Shown piece by piece: positions 25,201 through 38,267 of a stretch of DNA of 64,000 bases. The stretch spans positions 105,071 to 169,070 of the forward strand of contig JAQGDQ010000291.1 of assembly GCA_030141605.1 (NCBI GenBank). The letters are read 5' to 3'. Every line of letters starts with the position of its first letter. The first letter of the stretch is position 1. Position numbers and translations under genes: made by a program. The stretch is from Tubiluchus corallicola. Its lineage: Eukaryota; Animalia; Priapulida. The notes beneath the pieces were generated by a model. That model saw nothing but the letters and a program-made list of their open reading frames with translations. It had not been told where the DNA came from and did not search any database.

Positions 25201-28200
25201 CTATAACGAATATCACAGATTAACCTGTTGTTGTATGCTTCAGAAAAACTGTAAAAGTAGAAATACGTTTTCCATTTCAGTATTGCAGGAAGATATCATT
25301 ACATGAAATGCAAACCATAAGCTCATCGCGCTTAACTGACAAACATAATTACATTTTTGAAAGAGCAAAAATATAATCACTAGTATTGCCAAAAGTTAAG
25401 GCAACACATATGCTGTGCATGTTGATGGGTGACCGCCTAGGAATACCAGGTGCTATAGGCTTGCGGGATGCCCACACTGTATCTCGACACTAGGAGGAGG
25501 AGCTGTACAAGCAGCCAACGGCTAGAGGGCGGAGGTCAAGTGATCCAACGGCCACGTGTAGAGGAGTAAACCTTCCAAATCAGGAGTGGAGCCCCGAAGG
25601 TGGACCAGTGCAGCATTCTCACTGACTCCGGCAGCTCCTTCAGCCAACTTGGTGCCAAACGTATCGCTCTGCATTTCTTTGGACTACACCAGGAAAAAAA
25701 CGAGAAGCCTGGGCAACTCAGGATCTCCATACACCTTGCAAAGGCGTGCGCCCTGGAGAGACCATTCCAGTGGTTCAAGGATCGGAGTGCTCAGCCACAG
25801 TCGATGCTGCAGCTCCATCAATGTGATCAATAATTGACTCTCTTGGCGCACACTCCATTGTCTTCCGAGACAGAAGAATGCCAACAAGCATGTTGAGTGT
25901 AGCATGGAAAGCCAAAATGTGATATCTTGAATAAACAATTGCTCATGAGGCATTCCTATCAAAAATATAATCGGTTTGTATGTTACATTCTAAATGTGTT
26001 TGCATTTTCTGTGCCATCATTGATAAAGTCACTGGAGTGTATGCTCAAATACTGTGAATATTTTTAACATGGTACGTACATATGGTAAGCAAAAGAACTA
26101 ATCCAACAACATGGATCAAACTGTAAGGCTGCAATTTGGCAGGTGCTTATAATTACTAATAAGAGTCACAATTAGACTATCAGCAGCAGAAAATTGGTTA
26201 CAGTTTCATATGTTACCTGACGTGTTTGAACAAAACACACCTGCTAGATGACTGAGCCACGGTAATATCCATGGATTCTATGCTGTCAGGTGGCGGTTCA
26301 GGAATCGGATGCTCCTGAGGTTTCGTTTCAACCTAATTAGAAACAATTAATTGAGAAATGGAAGAATAAATGGCTTGTAGATGTCGTTTCCACTTGATCA
26401 ACGTGCAGAATTTTTCTAAGGTAGTAAGCACCTTAGACAAGGCAGCAACCATCTTTCTTTGTTCTGAACAGGTGTGAATTGACGAACTCACATGCACTAA
26501 CCAATTTTACTCTAATTATAAGAAATGAAGCAGAAATTGCACTGCAATATCCCAGTTAGACGATTGTTCCAACCATCTTGTTCAGTTAAAAAAACAAGGA
26601 AAAGATTTACAGCCTTAATAGTTTAACACTGGCTGTTGTTACAAATTAGTAAATCAGTAAAAAACAAAATTTAATCACCTTCAATCCATGAATGTTCCTT
26701 TTCAGTTTCCCACCTATAATGAAAGTAAAGTTCAGAGTCACTTAGATTTCTAATTGATTATACAGTCAACTTCGGATATAAGGGACAGCTCCAGGCCGGG
26801 AAAAACCGTTATTTATATCCGATGTCCTTTATAGCTGAAGTTGAGTCAAACCGAGGGTGCATCTAGACCGGTACATTTCTGTACTTTTACCCATATTTTT
26901 ATGGATTATTGCTATGCATTCAGTGCAAACGGTATGTAGGAAGCTCCTTCAATGATGCAAATGTATGTGACCACGGAAACCGAGCTGTTTGAAGGTCGAG
27001 TTCATGAAAAAATGAGGCAAAAATCAATCAATTTCGCTTTGATCATTGGGTCCATTATATGCGAGGTAATTTACGTGGGTTTCTATTACGTGGGACCTAA
27101 AGATATTGTCCCCTTTAACCGAAAGTCCCTTATAAGCGAGTACCTTATACCCAAGTTTGACTGCATTATAAAAATCCATCATAAATAGCTTGGAACCTAT
27201 TCCTGCAGAATCTCTTTCTTTGTTCTGACTTTTTATTATGTCAACAACAACAATGACAGTAAAATGACATAATGCATGGGAGGTCAGAAACTGTAGGAGA
27301 AAATCTAAACTAAAACAAAGAGAAATCCCACTTCACGACTTTCGAATCGGGAGGAGGTGATAGGTTTTGTAAAAATATAATCCTTCTACTTGGGGGGGGT
27401 GTGCCCCGTGAATTTTGTGACCGTAGCGAACTAGCCCTATGCATTTGCTAGTTATTAAAGATGTTTGTGTCTACACGATGGTGACAACTGACAGGAGTAC
27501 CATTTGGGCCCCATTCTCAGACTGTGCCCTGTCCAATTGCAAGCAATGTCATACCGCTGTTTTATCCCTGCAGTTTTTGTGTGACTGAATTTGACAGCTA
27601 ACACCGACAGGAGTACTATTTGGGCCTTATTCTCAGACTGTGCCCTGTCCAATTGCAAGCAACGTCATAACACTGTTTTATCCCTCCAGTTTTTGTGTGA
27701 CTGAATTTGACAGCTAAAGCCGACTGCACGACTTTGCGAAAAATAGAACTTGTAATAAAAAAATCACTTACCAGCAGGGTGTATAACCAAGGGTGCAGGT
27801 TTAATATTGTTAGCATCTGCCTCCTGTAGTTGATCAATATACTATAACAAACAATATTGTACATTAACTATAGATGTACATTAGTTAGATATTGAATGAA
27901 TTAAACTAAAATGAATAAATCCTGGCTAAAATTTTAGTAAGACTAATAAATTTATCTATTACTACTTTATCTTGACTTAGTGCATTCCAAGTAAACAAAT
28001 TAATATGAATGAATTAAAATAAAATGAATAAATCCTGTCTAAGATTTTAGCAAGACTAATAAATTTATCTATTACTACTTTATCTTGACTTAGTGACGCA
28101 CTTCATTCATTGGTTTCATTTCTGGAGTCGAACGTGCTCTGACCCTTGCAATCACTTTAGTCCATGCTGCCCACAACCACCCATGTTTCTGTATTTTGAA

Positions 28201-30073
28201 TATCTAATGGTGTGTCGATAAGACATCAGTTAGCAACTGACTTCCCTCTGGTTTCTTTTCTTTCTGTAAAGCTGCTTTGAAAGTTAATTCTAATTAATTA
28301 ATTAGTCATACAATAGCTTGTGACTGTATGCAACTGCAACGTACCAATCCTAACATGGCCAAGAAGTCTTCCTGTCCGCGCACAGTGATTCTGTCTCCAT
28401 CTTCGTCTTCATCTAAATTAATCAATAACGATTAAATTACAAATTATTTTGATCAGGTTTGGTTAATCAGTTTGATGTCGTGACAGTAATGGACGACCAA
28501 AAGTAACTCATAATAATTAATAATGAAGACAATACTGAAATCTATTATTATTATGAATCTACTGCCATTTCATAGTTTTACAAGGTTTACAGAAGTTCGT
28601 TTTATTTTATCAACCTTATAATATAATGTAATGTAATGTGATGTGATATGATGTGATGTGATGTGATATGTGATGATATGATATGATATGATATGATAAG
28701 ATATGATATGATATGACATGACATGACATGACATGACATGACATGACATGACATATGATATGATATGATATATGATATGATATAATATATAATATAATAT
28801 ATCATAAGTTATATGATTAACTTGTAACTTTAACATACATAAATCAGTACAGTACCGAAGCCTTCAATGCCTAGGAGTAACGACAACCATTAATTGCGGT
28901 CTTCGTTAAGAAGCTCATCTTTAATGAACCTTGTACACTTGATATTCCTAATTAGCCAGTCAGTTTAACGAATTTTGAACAGAAACGAAAAACTTGTTTG
29001 TGGCACATCCAATAACATGCATAATACACTGCATAAAAATATTATGATACTCTCAAGCATTATGTATATTGTGACTTAGTAAGTTAAAAGGCCTCGATCC
29101 ATGTATGTCACTGATTTACGTGGCTAAAACTTTTTAACCACATAAAATTAACACACATTACATTACACTAGTTAAAAGCAACAGCAGTCGCATGTCTAAG
29201 CTCATGTCTAAGTTGCCTATGTTGTTTACCTAAGTCGCAAGTCTAAGCTCATGTCTAAGTTGCCTACATCGTTTACCTAAGTTGCAAGTCTAAGATCATG
29301 TCTAAGTTGCCTATGTCGTTTAGCTAAGCCGCATGTCTAAGCTCATGTCTAAGCTCATGTCTAAGTTGCCTATGTCGTTTACCTAAGTCGCATGTCTAAG
29401 CTCATGTCTAAGTTGCCTATGTCGTTTACCTAAGTCGCAAGTCTAAGCCTAAGTTGCCTATGCCATGAGAATGTGGTGATAAATGAATCAAGTGGAAAAC
29501 AGGCTGAATATATAATTATTCACAAATACGTAAAGCTAATAAATGGTCTACCAGCCTGCCACTCAATAGTTGTTAAACTTTAATAATATCATCATGGCAT
29601 TTATACTGCTCAATATCTATACTACTTACATTCGAATGGACCAGAATTCCTTCCTAGTATATTATTCACCACATCCTGAAAAAATCGATTCAGTTTGCAA
29701 AGGGTTCACACATTATTCACTGCAATGCATTAATAAGAAGCTTGCATGTGTAAAACCGGAATACAAAATTTATACAAAGCAAAGAAAGTGCATTTGATTT
29801 CAGTTTGGTACACAGCACATCTATTCAGTAAAAGTACAATGCATTCTACTGAAGGTGCAAGTTAGCATGTACTACTAGTAGATCGTGCTAACTGACATGA
29901 CATTTTACATTGGTATCTATTACAAAGAACATCACAAACAAACAATATAAACTTACACTTACCGATACTAAGTCGTAATTGCTCGTTTCCAAAGGAATAG
30001 CCAGGGCTACATCTTCACCGTCCGGAACTTTTACAGAGAGTAGGAGGACAGCTTGGTTGGATGTGGAAGACAT
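16278..30073 (-). CDS. MAP2K5: Dual specificity MAP kinase kinase 5 (MEK5), ~446 aa
   Basis: 17 phase-compatible exons: 30073-29963, 29675-29630, 28412-28345, 27841-27772, 26713-26679, 26332-26241, 25200-25087, 24142-24034, 23595-23514, 23362-23252, 22316-22192, 21266-21195, 20198-20169, 19971-19936, 19177-19083, 18455-18410, 16376-16278. Motifs: PB1 [67 protein letters not shown]. Confidence 0.95.
20469..21018. mobile_element. Kolobok-like MITE (TTAA TSD)
   Basis: TTAA|AGGAAAATCTGATGATTG ... CAATCATCCGGTCTTCCT|TTAA; imperfect 18-bp TIR beginning AGG; lies in a MAP2K5 intron. Confidence 0.7.
23641..23933 (+). mobile_element. tRNA-derived SINE with Meta/MESC-like core
   Basis: A-box TAGTCTAGTGG, B-box-like AGTTCGAACC, core CCGGGTCATACCAAAGGCTTTAAAAATCGTACC, then AATAAA and a (TAT/TGT)n tail. 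Confidence 0.75.
25426..25887 (+). mobile_element. 5S rRNA-derived SINE (SINE3-type) with RTE-like body
   Basis: 25426-25462 TGGGTGACCGCCTAGGAATACCAGGTGCTATAGGCTT matches the 3' third of 5S rRNA; it is followed by the body shared with three other copies; 9-bp TSD GCATGTTGA (25417-25425 / 25888-25896). Confidence 0.88.
26763..27163. mobile_element. Tc1/mariner (pogo/Tigger-like) MITE
   Basis: TA|CAGTCAACTTCGGATATAAGG ... CCTTATACCCAAGTTTGACTG; imperfect TIR with internal CTTATA/TATAAG repeats. Confidence 0.75.
27490..27725. repeat. 116-bp tandem duplication
   Basis: GACAGGAGTAC...GACTGAATTTGACAGCTAA starts at 27490 and 27606. Confidence 0.9.
27894..28094. repeat. ~89-bp direct duplication
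   Basis: TGAATGAATTAAA...TTATCTTGACTTAGTG at ~27894 and ~28006. Confidence 0.88.
28620..28805. repeat. Pentanucleotide microsatellite (ATATG/ATGAC/ATGTG)n
   Basis: Visible directly in the sequence. Confidence 0.95.
29187..29463. repeat. ~47-bp higher-order tandem repeat built of CTAAG subunits
   Basis: GTCGCATGTCTAAGCTCATGTCTAAGTTGCCTATGTCGTTTACCTAA, about 6 copies. Confidence 0.9.
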
Positions 30074-31133
30074 TTCTTTTTCAGATTAATATAAAACTGA
30101 AATTAATGGACCATGCTCAAACTTGCTGATCCAGAAATGTAAAAGGATGTCAGGTCTTGACACCTCCGCATCTCAGTAAATCATTATTGCATCAAAGTAA
30201 TGTAGCCACAGTTTTTAAAGAATTTTTGAAAAAAATGATTTCATAAATTTCATTTGACATTAGAAGTCTTAAAACTTGAGAATATCAAAAGCAAAATAGT
30301 TAATTGTTTTTGCAAAGTGGAAGACGGATGGAACAGATGTGAAGAGACACGTGAGTCTCAAGTTCGTCAAACATACAAGGTTACATGCAAACACTTCATC
30401 AAATACAGATTTCGGTAGACATTTGCTTCACATATGTCTTTGAAAAAGCACTAGAAACCAAAAGGGAAATGACACTAAATAAACAGGTGGCATTTTTCTC
30501 CCCAAGTGGCTATTTTAGACTTTCACATCAGCGTTTCAGCAGTAGTATAAACAATGTTTCAACAGTTGGGACGACAAGAACGACTAAATGGTCAGGGTGT
30601 GTGCTTGACTGGAAAGTTAAGGAATGTCAGAATTGATAAGTAGATGACTGGGTGACAGCTGGTAAAGACATTTTAGCGTAAATCTGTCACATTAACACGG
30701 GTAATTTCTTTCGTGGACAGAGAATTATTACACACACGAATGTGTTTATCATAACACTGCTGGCTCAATTTCAAAGAAAAAGATAATTCTTGATAATTGG
30801 TTAAATTTTGATTTTCCCAACATGACTAAACATTAGTAGGTCGAGCAACTTAGAACCGGATTAGACTAGCAGCTTGTGGAACTGTACGAAAGTATTTTAG
30901 ACATATCGACTGGGAATCTTTATTGGTAAATTTTTTGTTTACATACAGTGCTCTACACAGACAACAATGTTTACACTGACTGTTGACTAGTAACCTGTGC
31001 GGATCTGACAAATATAAAACAATAAAAAGATGCGAACAACAAAGTAAGCATTATCTCTTTGCAATTTGCATACGCTACTTCCTTAGAGCTGCATAAATTA
31101 TATCAAAAGACAAATATCAAATGTGATGGAATC

Positions 31134-31260
31134 ACTTACACTTCTTAATCAAACACACCCGAGAGTGTAGAAGTAATATTAATCAACTTCAATAACTTCG
31201 AGACCTAGTGAACAGTACTTCTGCGTTTACTCGAGGCACAAGCTTGTTCCCATTAATTTT
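31134..31260 (-). promoter_or_regulatory. Putative non-coding first exon of MAP2K5
   Basis: Minus-strand donor GTAAGT at 31139-31134 and a matching acceptor TTTCAG at 30097, just upstream of the ATG; the 5' boundary is uncertain. Confidence 0.35.
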
Positions 31261-31351
31261 TATAAACATAACATTACCAGCAAATTAACAGTAATGATAC
31301 TAGGTAGTATATTTTGAAGATAATCATGCAGAAGGCCACTAGAGTTACAAG

Positions 31352-31463
31352 CAGGGCCTATTTCAGGGGGGGGGGGAGGAAGTGGGGATACTTCCCTGGG
31401 GCCTCACCCTCCAGGGGGTCTCGCACCAACGTAACATTTTTTTGCTTTATGCAAACATACTGC

Positions 31464-31512
<49 letters not shown>

Positions 31513-31729
31513 CCGCAAGCACGCCGTTTGCCAGTATTGACAAGTATTAAGGACTGGTCTTGAGAATAAAGCAGTTTTTCTTTCCTTTAACAACTCCATA
31601 TTTTCTCTCCGAAAATGCTTTTCTGGCGTTCTAGCAGTTCAAAAATTTTCTGGGAGGCACCCCCCCCCCCCCGAGGGGGCCTCACACGTCCTACTTCCCC
31701 GTGCCTCGCTTAGGCTGAAATAGGCCCTG
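31352..31729. mobile_element. hAT-type MITE
   Basis: Perfect 15-bp TIR CAGGGCCTATTTCAG / CTGAAATAGGCCCTG; perfect 8-bp TSD GTTACAAG; internal (CT)n. Confidence 0.92.
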
Positions 31730-34088
31730 GTTACAAGACCTTCCATGACGAAAACTTATGAAGTAGCCCGCCTACAGGTGCCTGTGTTTTTCCTTGATAA
31801 GTGATTACTGAACAAATTAGTTGATAAATACATTATAGCTATAGATGTTTTTTGCACTTTTCTTTAATTTAGATTTGCTATTACAAGAAAATTACAGTTA
31901 TACTGATAGTACTATATAATAGGTTTATGTAACATGTGTTATCATATTTACTGTTTACAAACACATTTTGAAATGAAATTCTGTACTGGCACTAAAGACA
32001 TTATTCTCAGTTTCTTGTTTGGTATAGAGAACTACTGTCGTGGGTAAACATTGTAATGGCTCCAATCCCAACTGCTTGCGTATTTGCTCTTCTGTATAAA
32101 TATTGCAAACTTGCTTAGCCAACTGCAGTAGGCAACAGATAAAGATCTGGATTATTTCTGAATGAAAGTTCACCTGGCAGTAGTAACGCTATTTACTGCA
32201 TGTCTTAATTTTAGTTTCACGATCACAGATCTAGGAAGTGAAGTATATCATTGACTAGGAACAGTGAAACTGAAATTATAAATGTATGTATGCTGATGGT
32301 GTGTCAAAATGTTTTAAACAGAGTGCGATATCTATAACATAAACTAACAAATGGACAAAAAACACGTAATGCAGTAATAAATATACAATAATCCAACATT
32401 TAATGATATAGTTATAACTATGACAGGTTTCTGTTAAAGACAGACGTAAAAAATCGCACAGTTCTACATGCCAAAGTGCACACAATGGTAAAAAAGTAGC
32501 AAAATTTTAGCACTTAATGAAGATTTCGGGAAGTAAACTCGGCCTATATTACAGTTTGGCTTGCTGTCATAATTTCTGTAACCGTGAATAAGCAACATGG
32601 CAAATGGCAGCACAGTACATACACATTTGCAGTACAGTACTGCCAAGCAAAGGAGAAAAACTTTCATTATGCTGGGTCAGGGCCTATTAGCACAATAATA
32701 AACCCAAATTTACATATTGCCGATGAGACACAATTTTTAAAATTGCTTAATCTTATTTAATCTTTAATCATTCATTAAGAAATCATATTTTTAGTACCGA
32801 GAAAGTTTGGTAGGTTCTGCTCTGCTCAAAGCTTACATAAATTAACCCCTAAAACGTTGACCACACAGTGACACTTTCCTTTAATTCTTTCTCACTCAAA
32901 ATGAAACTGGTCCACTTTTGCACAACCAATTTGTAAAAATGATGCAACAATATTACCTGTAGCTGTAATCAGTAAACAGAAATTACATACATAATATTTA
33001 ACCTGCAATTAATAAACAAGCGCGTGCTCAGTGACCAAAGTTTAGAACAAATTTAACGCAATACTATTATATGTAAGAATAATGACAGTTTAACTATCTC
33101 AGCCATCTATGGTTTCATGTCAAAATCACTCTCATAAAAGCAGCGCTACCACGTGTTAGAATTTGCAAAAATTTTAAACTAAAGTTGTAAATTATTATCG
33201 TTTCATAACAATTTTGACCTGTATTTCACATAAAATCTAAATGCAATTTTTAGTTTAATCAAGATTGGCCTTATTTTGTTGCCCACTAATTAAACTACAT
33301 GTATATTCTTTTCTCTGGATTATATAGAAAATGTCACAATTTTAAAATTACTAATGTTTCCTAAATTAAACTGATAACATCAATGCCCACCAGTGTCTAA
33401 AAAATCTTTTATCTATATTCGGTAAAGGATAGCAGACTAGGTGACTTTATAGTCTTTTCGCTATCCTTTCTCTAGTTCTAGATCTATCTATACATTTTAA
33501 GCATTCTTGAAAACTTATTAGAGATTCTTTTATTAATCTTGTTTTATTGTAAAATTATAAAGAGATACATAAATTGAAATCGAATTGAATTAAAACGGAG
33601 AAATACTGTCCAGCTGTCATTAATGTTGTGCACCATTTACAGTGCGTAAATTCGTTACATTTAGAAAAGACAGTGGCGAACCTTCAAGCTCTCTAATCAA
33701 AATCTCTAATTGAAATTTCCTATATAAGTTTCAACATGTCCTCAAACTGTTGGTTATCACTTCACTTTGGGCTGGGGTTTGTATCGGTGTCTGTGATGTA
33801 AACGACGCAAGCCATATGGCTAATTCCAAAAATCAAACAAAAAAATTCAGTTTCAGCTTTACCAAGTGCAAACACAACTTTGGGTATATTGGACAAGCCA
33901 TAACTAAGGTTGTGATGTGCAAATAACTATCCATTCACGCATGAGGCTCTTTCGAGTAAACGAAACTTTGTTAAGTTAGAAAAAGAACATTACTATTGAG
34001 CAAGCTTAAAAATGATCTGCTATTCCGTAAGTAGAAGTGGAGGCTCTACTGCCCTTGTAACTACAGGGAATTATTACGCTGTACTTAA

Positions 34089-34462
34089 TAGGGATGAGCA
34101 TTCTATACAGAAAGCACATTCGAATCCAACCGAACTTCAGTGTTTTGAATTCGAATTGAGATTGAACGATTTTCGAACCACCAGTAAAAATGAGTCTTAC
34201 AAAGATCATGCATATCACTAGATTTTGTTCTGCAATAAAACGAGTAGTGATTTGTTTAAAGTTGTGCTCAGAAATCACAGCTAAATTATGCTAATTGCAT
34301 GATGCTTCAATCGTTTTAATGATCAGGAACATATGTCATTGAAGTGCTGAATTATTCGAATCTATAGGTTTGGATTAGAATCGTGTTCGAACTAAAAAAA
34401 CTTGTTCGAATCGAATTCTATCGTTCGAATATTCGAACTTGAACGATCGATGCTCACCCCTA
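34089..34462. mobile_element. hAT-type MITE
   Basis: TIR TAGGGATGAGCAT / ATGCTCACCCCTA; perfect 8-bp TSD GTACTTAA; TTCGAA subterminal repeats. Confidence 0.9.
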
Positions 34463-34704
34463 GTACTTAAGTACATTTCATAAAAGGGGAAGTGAGCATA
34501 GTCATATATATAAGAACACTTTGATTGAAGATAGAGCCAAATAAAGGGCCCCTTGTATACACCTGGTTGTAAGAAGTACTCTAAAATGATGACCTGTCAC
34601 ATGAGCAATGCTGAGAAACTGATTTGACATGAACACATACATGGGCAAGTAGAGAGTCACACTATTACATAGGTCTTAGCTATTCTTGAACAATGAAAAG
34701 GAAG

Positions 34705-35083
34705 TAGGGTTGCCACCTTGTAGTAAAGAACCAGCTATATTGTTCCCCCACTGGGGTCTAGGGCGCAGACCCGGATACTGTCGCATTTGCTGCATCTTAG
34801 ACGCTTTATGAGACATTTTCAGAAACAAAATCAACAAATTTAAAGCACAGAACATTTACTTAATTACTAAATTTAAGCTATCTGAACAGAGATTCTATTG
34901 TTTTAGCTTAATTTTATACAAAGTTTCTATAGCGTGCAAGTTGTACTTCGGTATTTTCCATTATCTTTCAATGAAATGGTCAAAATCCAGAGGTGTCAGA
35001 ATTTTGCAAAATCCGACCAAACTAAGGACCTACGGTGCAATTTCGGGAGACTCCAGGCAAAATCCAGAGTGGTGGCAACCCAA
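34705..35083. mobile_element. hAT-type MITE
   Basis: TIR TAGGGTTGCCACC / GGTGGCAACCCAA; degenerate 8-bp TSD (AAAGGAAG / ATAGGAAA). Confidence 0.75.
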
Positions 35084-38000
35084 ATAGGAAACATCAACTG
35101 TTTTTTGTGAAATTACGAGTGTGCAAGCCAGAAACATGAATGCGCCTTAGTAACACAAAGTATTGTCGGCTAAATATGGTAAATTTGGTATCGAAAAGTG
35201 TGTACTTAAATAGCACAAAAGTGTGCTCTGTCTGTATTCCTAATTTAACTTGAACTGTTAATATTGCAAATATTTAAAATATATCAATTGACAATCAACC
35301 CACTGTTTGCAGTTCACAAAAATTCCGAATAATGTTGTGGTAGTCTACATCAAAGTTTACTCTTATAAATACACAGTACGAGTACAGTACGTCAAGTGCA
35401 AAAGTCAATTGATAAGCTTTTCTAAAAAACTATTACACTCCGGTGAGTTAAAATAAAGAAGCGTAGCTCCTACACTTCATACAATAGAATATAAAAAGTG
35501 AATGAAAAATAGCAGTTTCATTAGACGTTTCAATAAAATGCATATGAATTTAAATTTTGTCTTTGAATAGGAGGCACTTGTATGTTACTAATTTCAAGTA
35601 ACTGCAACAGCATCTTAGAAGATTTGAATTATTACAATACAGTAAGTATGCGAGTTGTCACTTTATCTCTGATCTTAGCCAAAATAGTTAACATGAGAGC
35701 ACACTTACTGTTAAATTTGTTAGCACTTTTACGTATCCTACTAACACCAAAATTTAGTTCACAACGCTGGTTTTAGAACTGAACTAGCCAGCCTAGCAAT
35801 TACATATTTGTTTGCAAACGGTTAATTAAGAACTTTTACGTAAGGCCTGCGTGGCTGAAATCTGGACCTGCCAGTTGTGTAACAGGTGCTGCTAATCTAA
35901 ATTTAATAAAAACCTGATAACATTAGCACTTGATTCCAACATCTACAAAGACTTGTAACAAAATTCTCCAATCTCAGTACAAAATAACACTTTAAACTTT
36001 TATCAAATTTAACAGTTAATCAACATTTCAATACGATAGCAAAATTAAAAAGAAAACATATTTTATCACAAGTTATTTACAAGAAACATGCACAGTTCAC
36101 GAAAATAAATGCACAAACCCCACTTTTAATAGACACACAATAAGAATAAGTTATAATTAAGTAAAGTCAACAGTAATCTATAATTAGTATTCAACCAATC
36201 AATTACTAATTAATAATTCTACATACCTATGCACAATTACAGTGTTAATTATTAGTTCCAATAATTAAAGGAAGGGGCAGACAGTTTAATATTCTAAGCA
36301 GGTAAATGAGTTTCCCAGTTATTAGTTGAGTATTCAATCACTCCAGTGGAAGAGAATCCATTCTGTAGTAAATTTCTTTTGCAAATTGCATAATTATCTC
36401 AGTTACAGGTTAAACTTGAGAAACTTGAATAACAGACATATAATGAAAGATCAGAAGACAAAGGTGACATTTTTTAATCTACAGGTTGTCAAGTGAAGTG
36501 GAACCGACATTCACACACCGAAATATCAATCTGATGCACGTCTGTCTGTTTTGAAACATCATGTCTGGGAGATGCATACACAAATGTGAAGCAATTGTGA
36601 AATTACGAAATCAACATCAAAATATCCACCCATTTCTTGGAACCAGTAAACAGAACAACTAATCTCTAATATTCAATTATTTTACTATGTTGATCACTAT
36701 TTTCACACCTACTTGCATGTGAACGCTGTGGAACTAGGCCTATTGGTGCAATTATTTTTAAAATTTACAAGGTTACATGTTTTAAAAAAATAAACTAGTA
36801 AATTTATGTGTGGTTCACTCACTTGTAATAGTAGAATATCTATAAAAACAGGTTAATTTTCATATGAATGAAAAGTGATAAATAGCAAAAACAGTTTCTA
36901 ATACAAAGAAATCTGGCAAAAATAATATTTTATAACACATGATGCAAATGTTTGGTTAAAGAGACTATTTTATGTCATGGTTGTCACGCATTACAAAGTA
37001 ATACTTAACTTAGTTTAACATTGTTTTCGATTATAAAAAATAACAAGCTACAACAGTAATACAATATACAATGTTAATGTCACAAAGTACAAAAATTAAA
37101 TAAGAACTTTCATAGACTAAAGAGGCAATGATTTGGACAGAGAACCCAAGAAATATCTCAAGTTACCTAATACTAATGTTTCAAGAGAATCAAAAATGAG
37201 CATAACTAAATAAAAAGGGCAACATTTAAATATTCTATACCAGGAAAACGTGTCACGCAAGATGCTGTGGAAGCCGTAACAAGCTGAGATGCTAATCAAT
37301 AAGGCAAGCAGATACGTTACATGTAAAGCGTCATATTTTATTGATAGTGGACAAAGGTCTTTTGGCAATTACCTTAAGTTAGCATCTAGACATTGTATGT
37401 GTTTTTTGTATAACAAGGGAACCAATTTCACAAATGTTAACATCAGGCAAACGTCCTTACGAAAAGAGATGCATTTTTTAAATCTACCTTTCTGCTGTAA
37501 CTTACAAGTAATTTTATATATAATATAAATTGCAATTCAATTATACTGCCATGTTGAGTTAAACGGTTAATAATCGCAAAAACTAAGTATGAAATGACAC
37601 AACAATTTCATAAAGCAATTAATCATAAACAATGATCCTTTTCACAGTTCCAGCGATTGATGATGATCGTGAAAAGGTCAAAGGTTAAGTGTACCAGACA
37701 ACGCATTTGTGTACACTTGACAACGCCTCGCAGCCCATGCGATTGTTATAGTCTCAGTTTTAACAACTACTAAACCTTACCTAGTTCATTTTTCGTAGTT
37801 CCCAACCAAGATCCTGCTAGTAAATCACTCTATGTGCAGACTAGTGCATAATTAAGTAAAGTCCACGTAAAAAACGACTGAAGCTACTGAACTCATGCTC
37901 AAGACGCCTTTGCTTTACACACACTTCAAGTGAGGGTTGTAGTTGAGATGCGTTGTCGTGTACACTTAACCTTTGACCTACAGCAACTGCGCGTGCACAC

Positions 38001-38267
38001 AACGAAACCGTAAAAAGCCTTATTGCAAAATTGACCAAATATATCTACAAGTTTTAGGAATTGCTCTACAAAAACTACATAAGTCTACAATCAAACAATC
38101 TTATATGTACATCTCCCGGATTTCCCAACAAACATAATAGATAATACAGATATTAAAACACATTAGATGCATTGTTATGATGCAAAACAACCGCAGCAAC
38201 ACTGAATGTAACAGTTCAGGTAAAAAACACGTTTGTTTAAGATACATGTGCTAGAAAAATTGGAAGT

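Noticed and set aside
25426-25462. 5S rRNA gene
   Set aside because: Only the 3' ~37 nt are present, fused to a SINE body inside a TSD.
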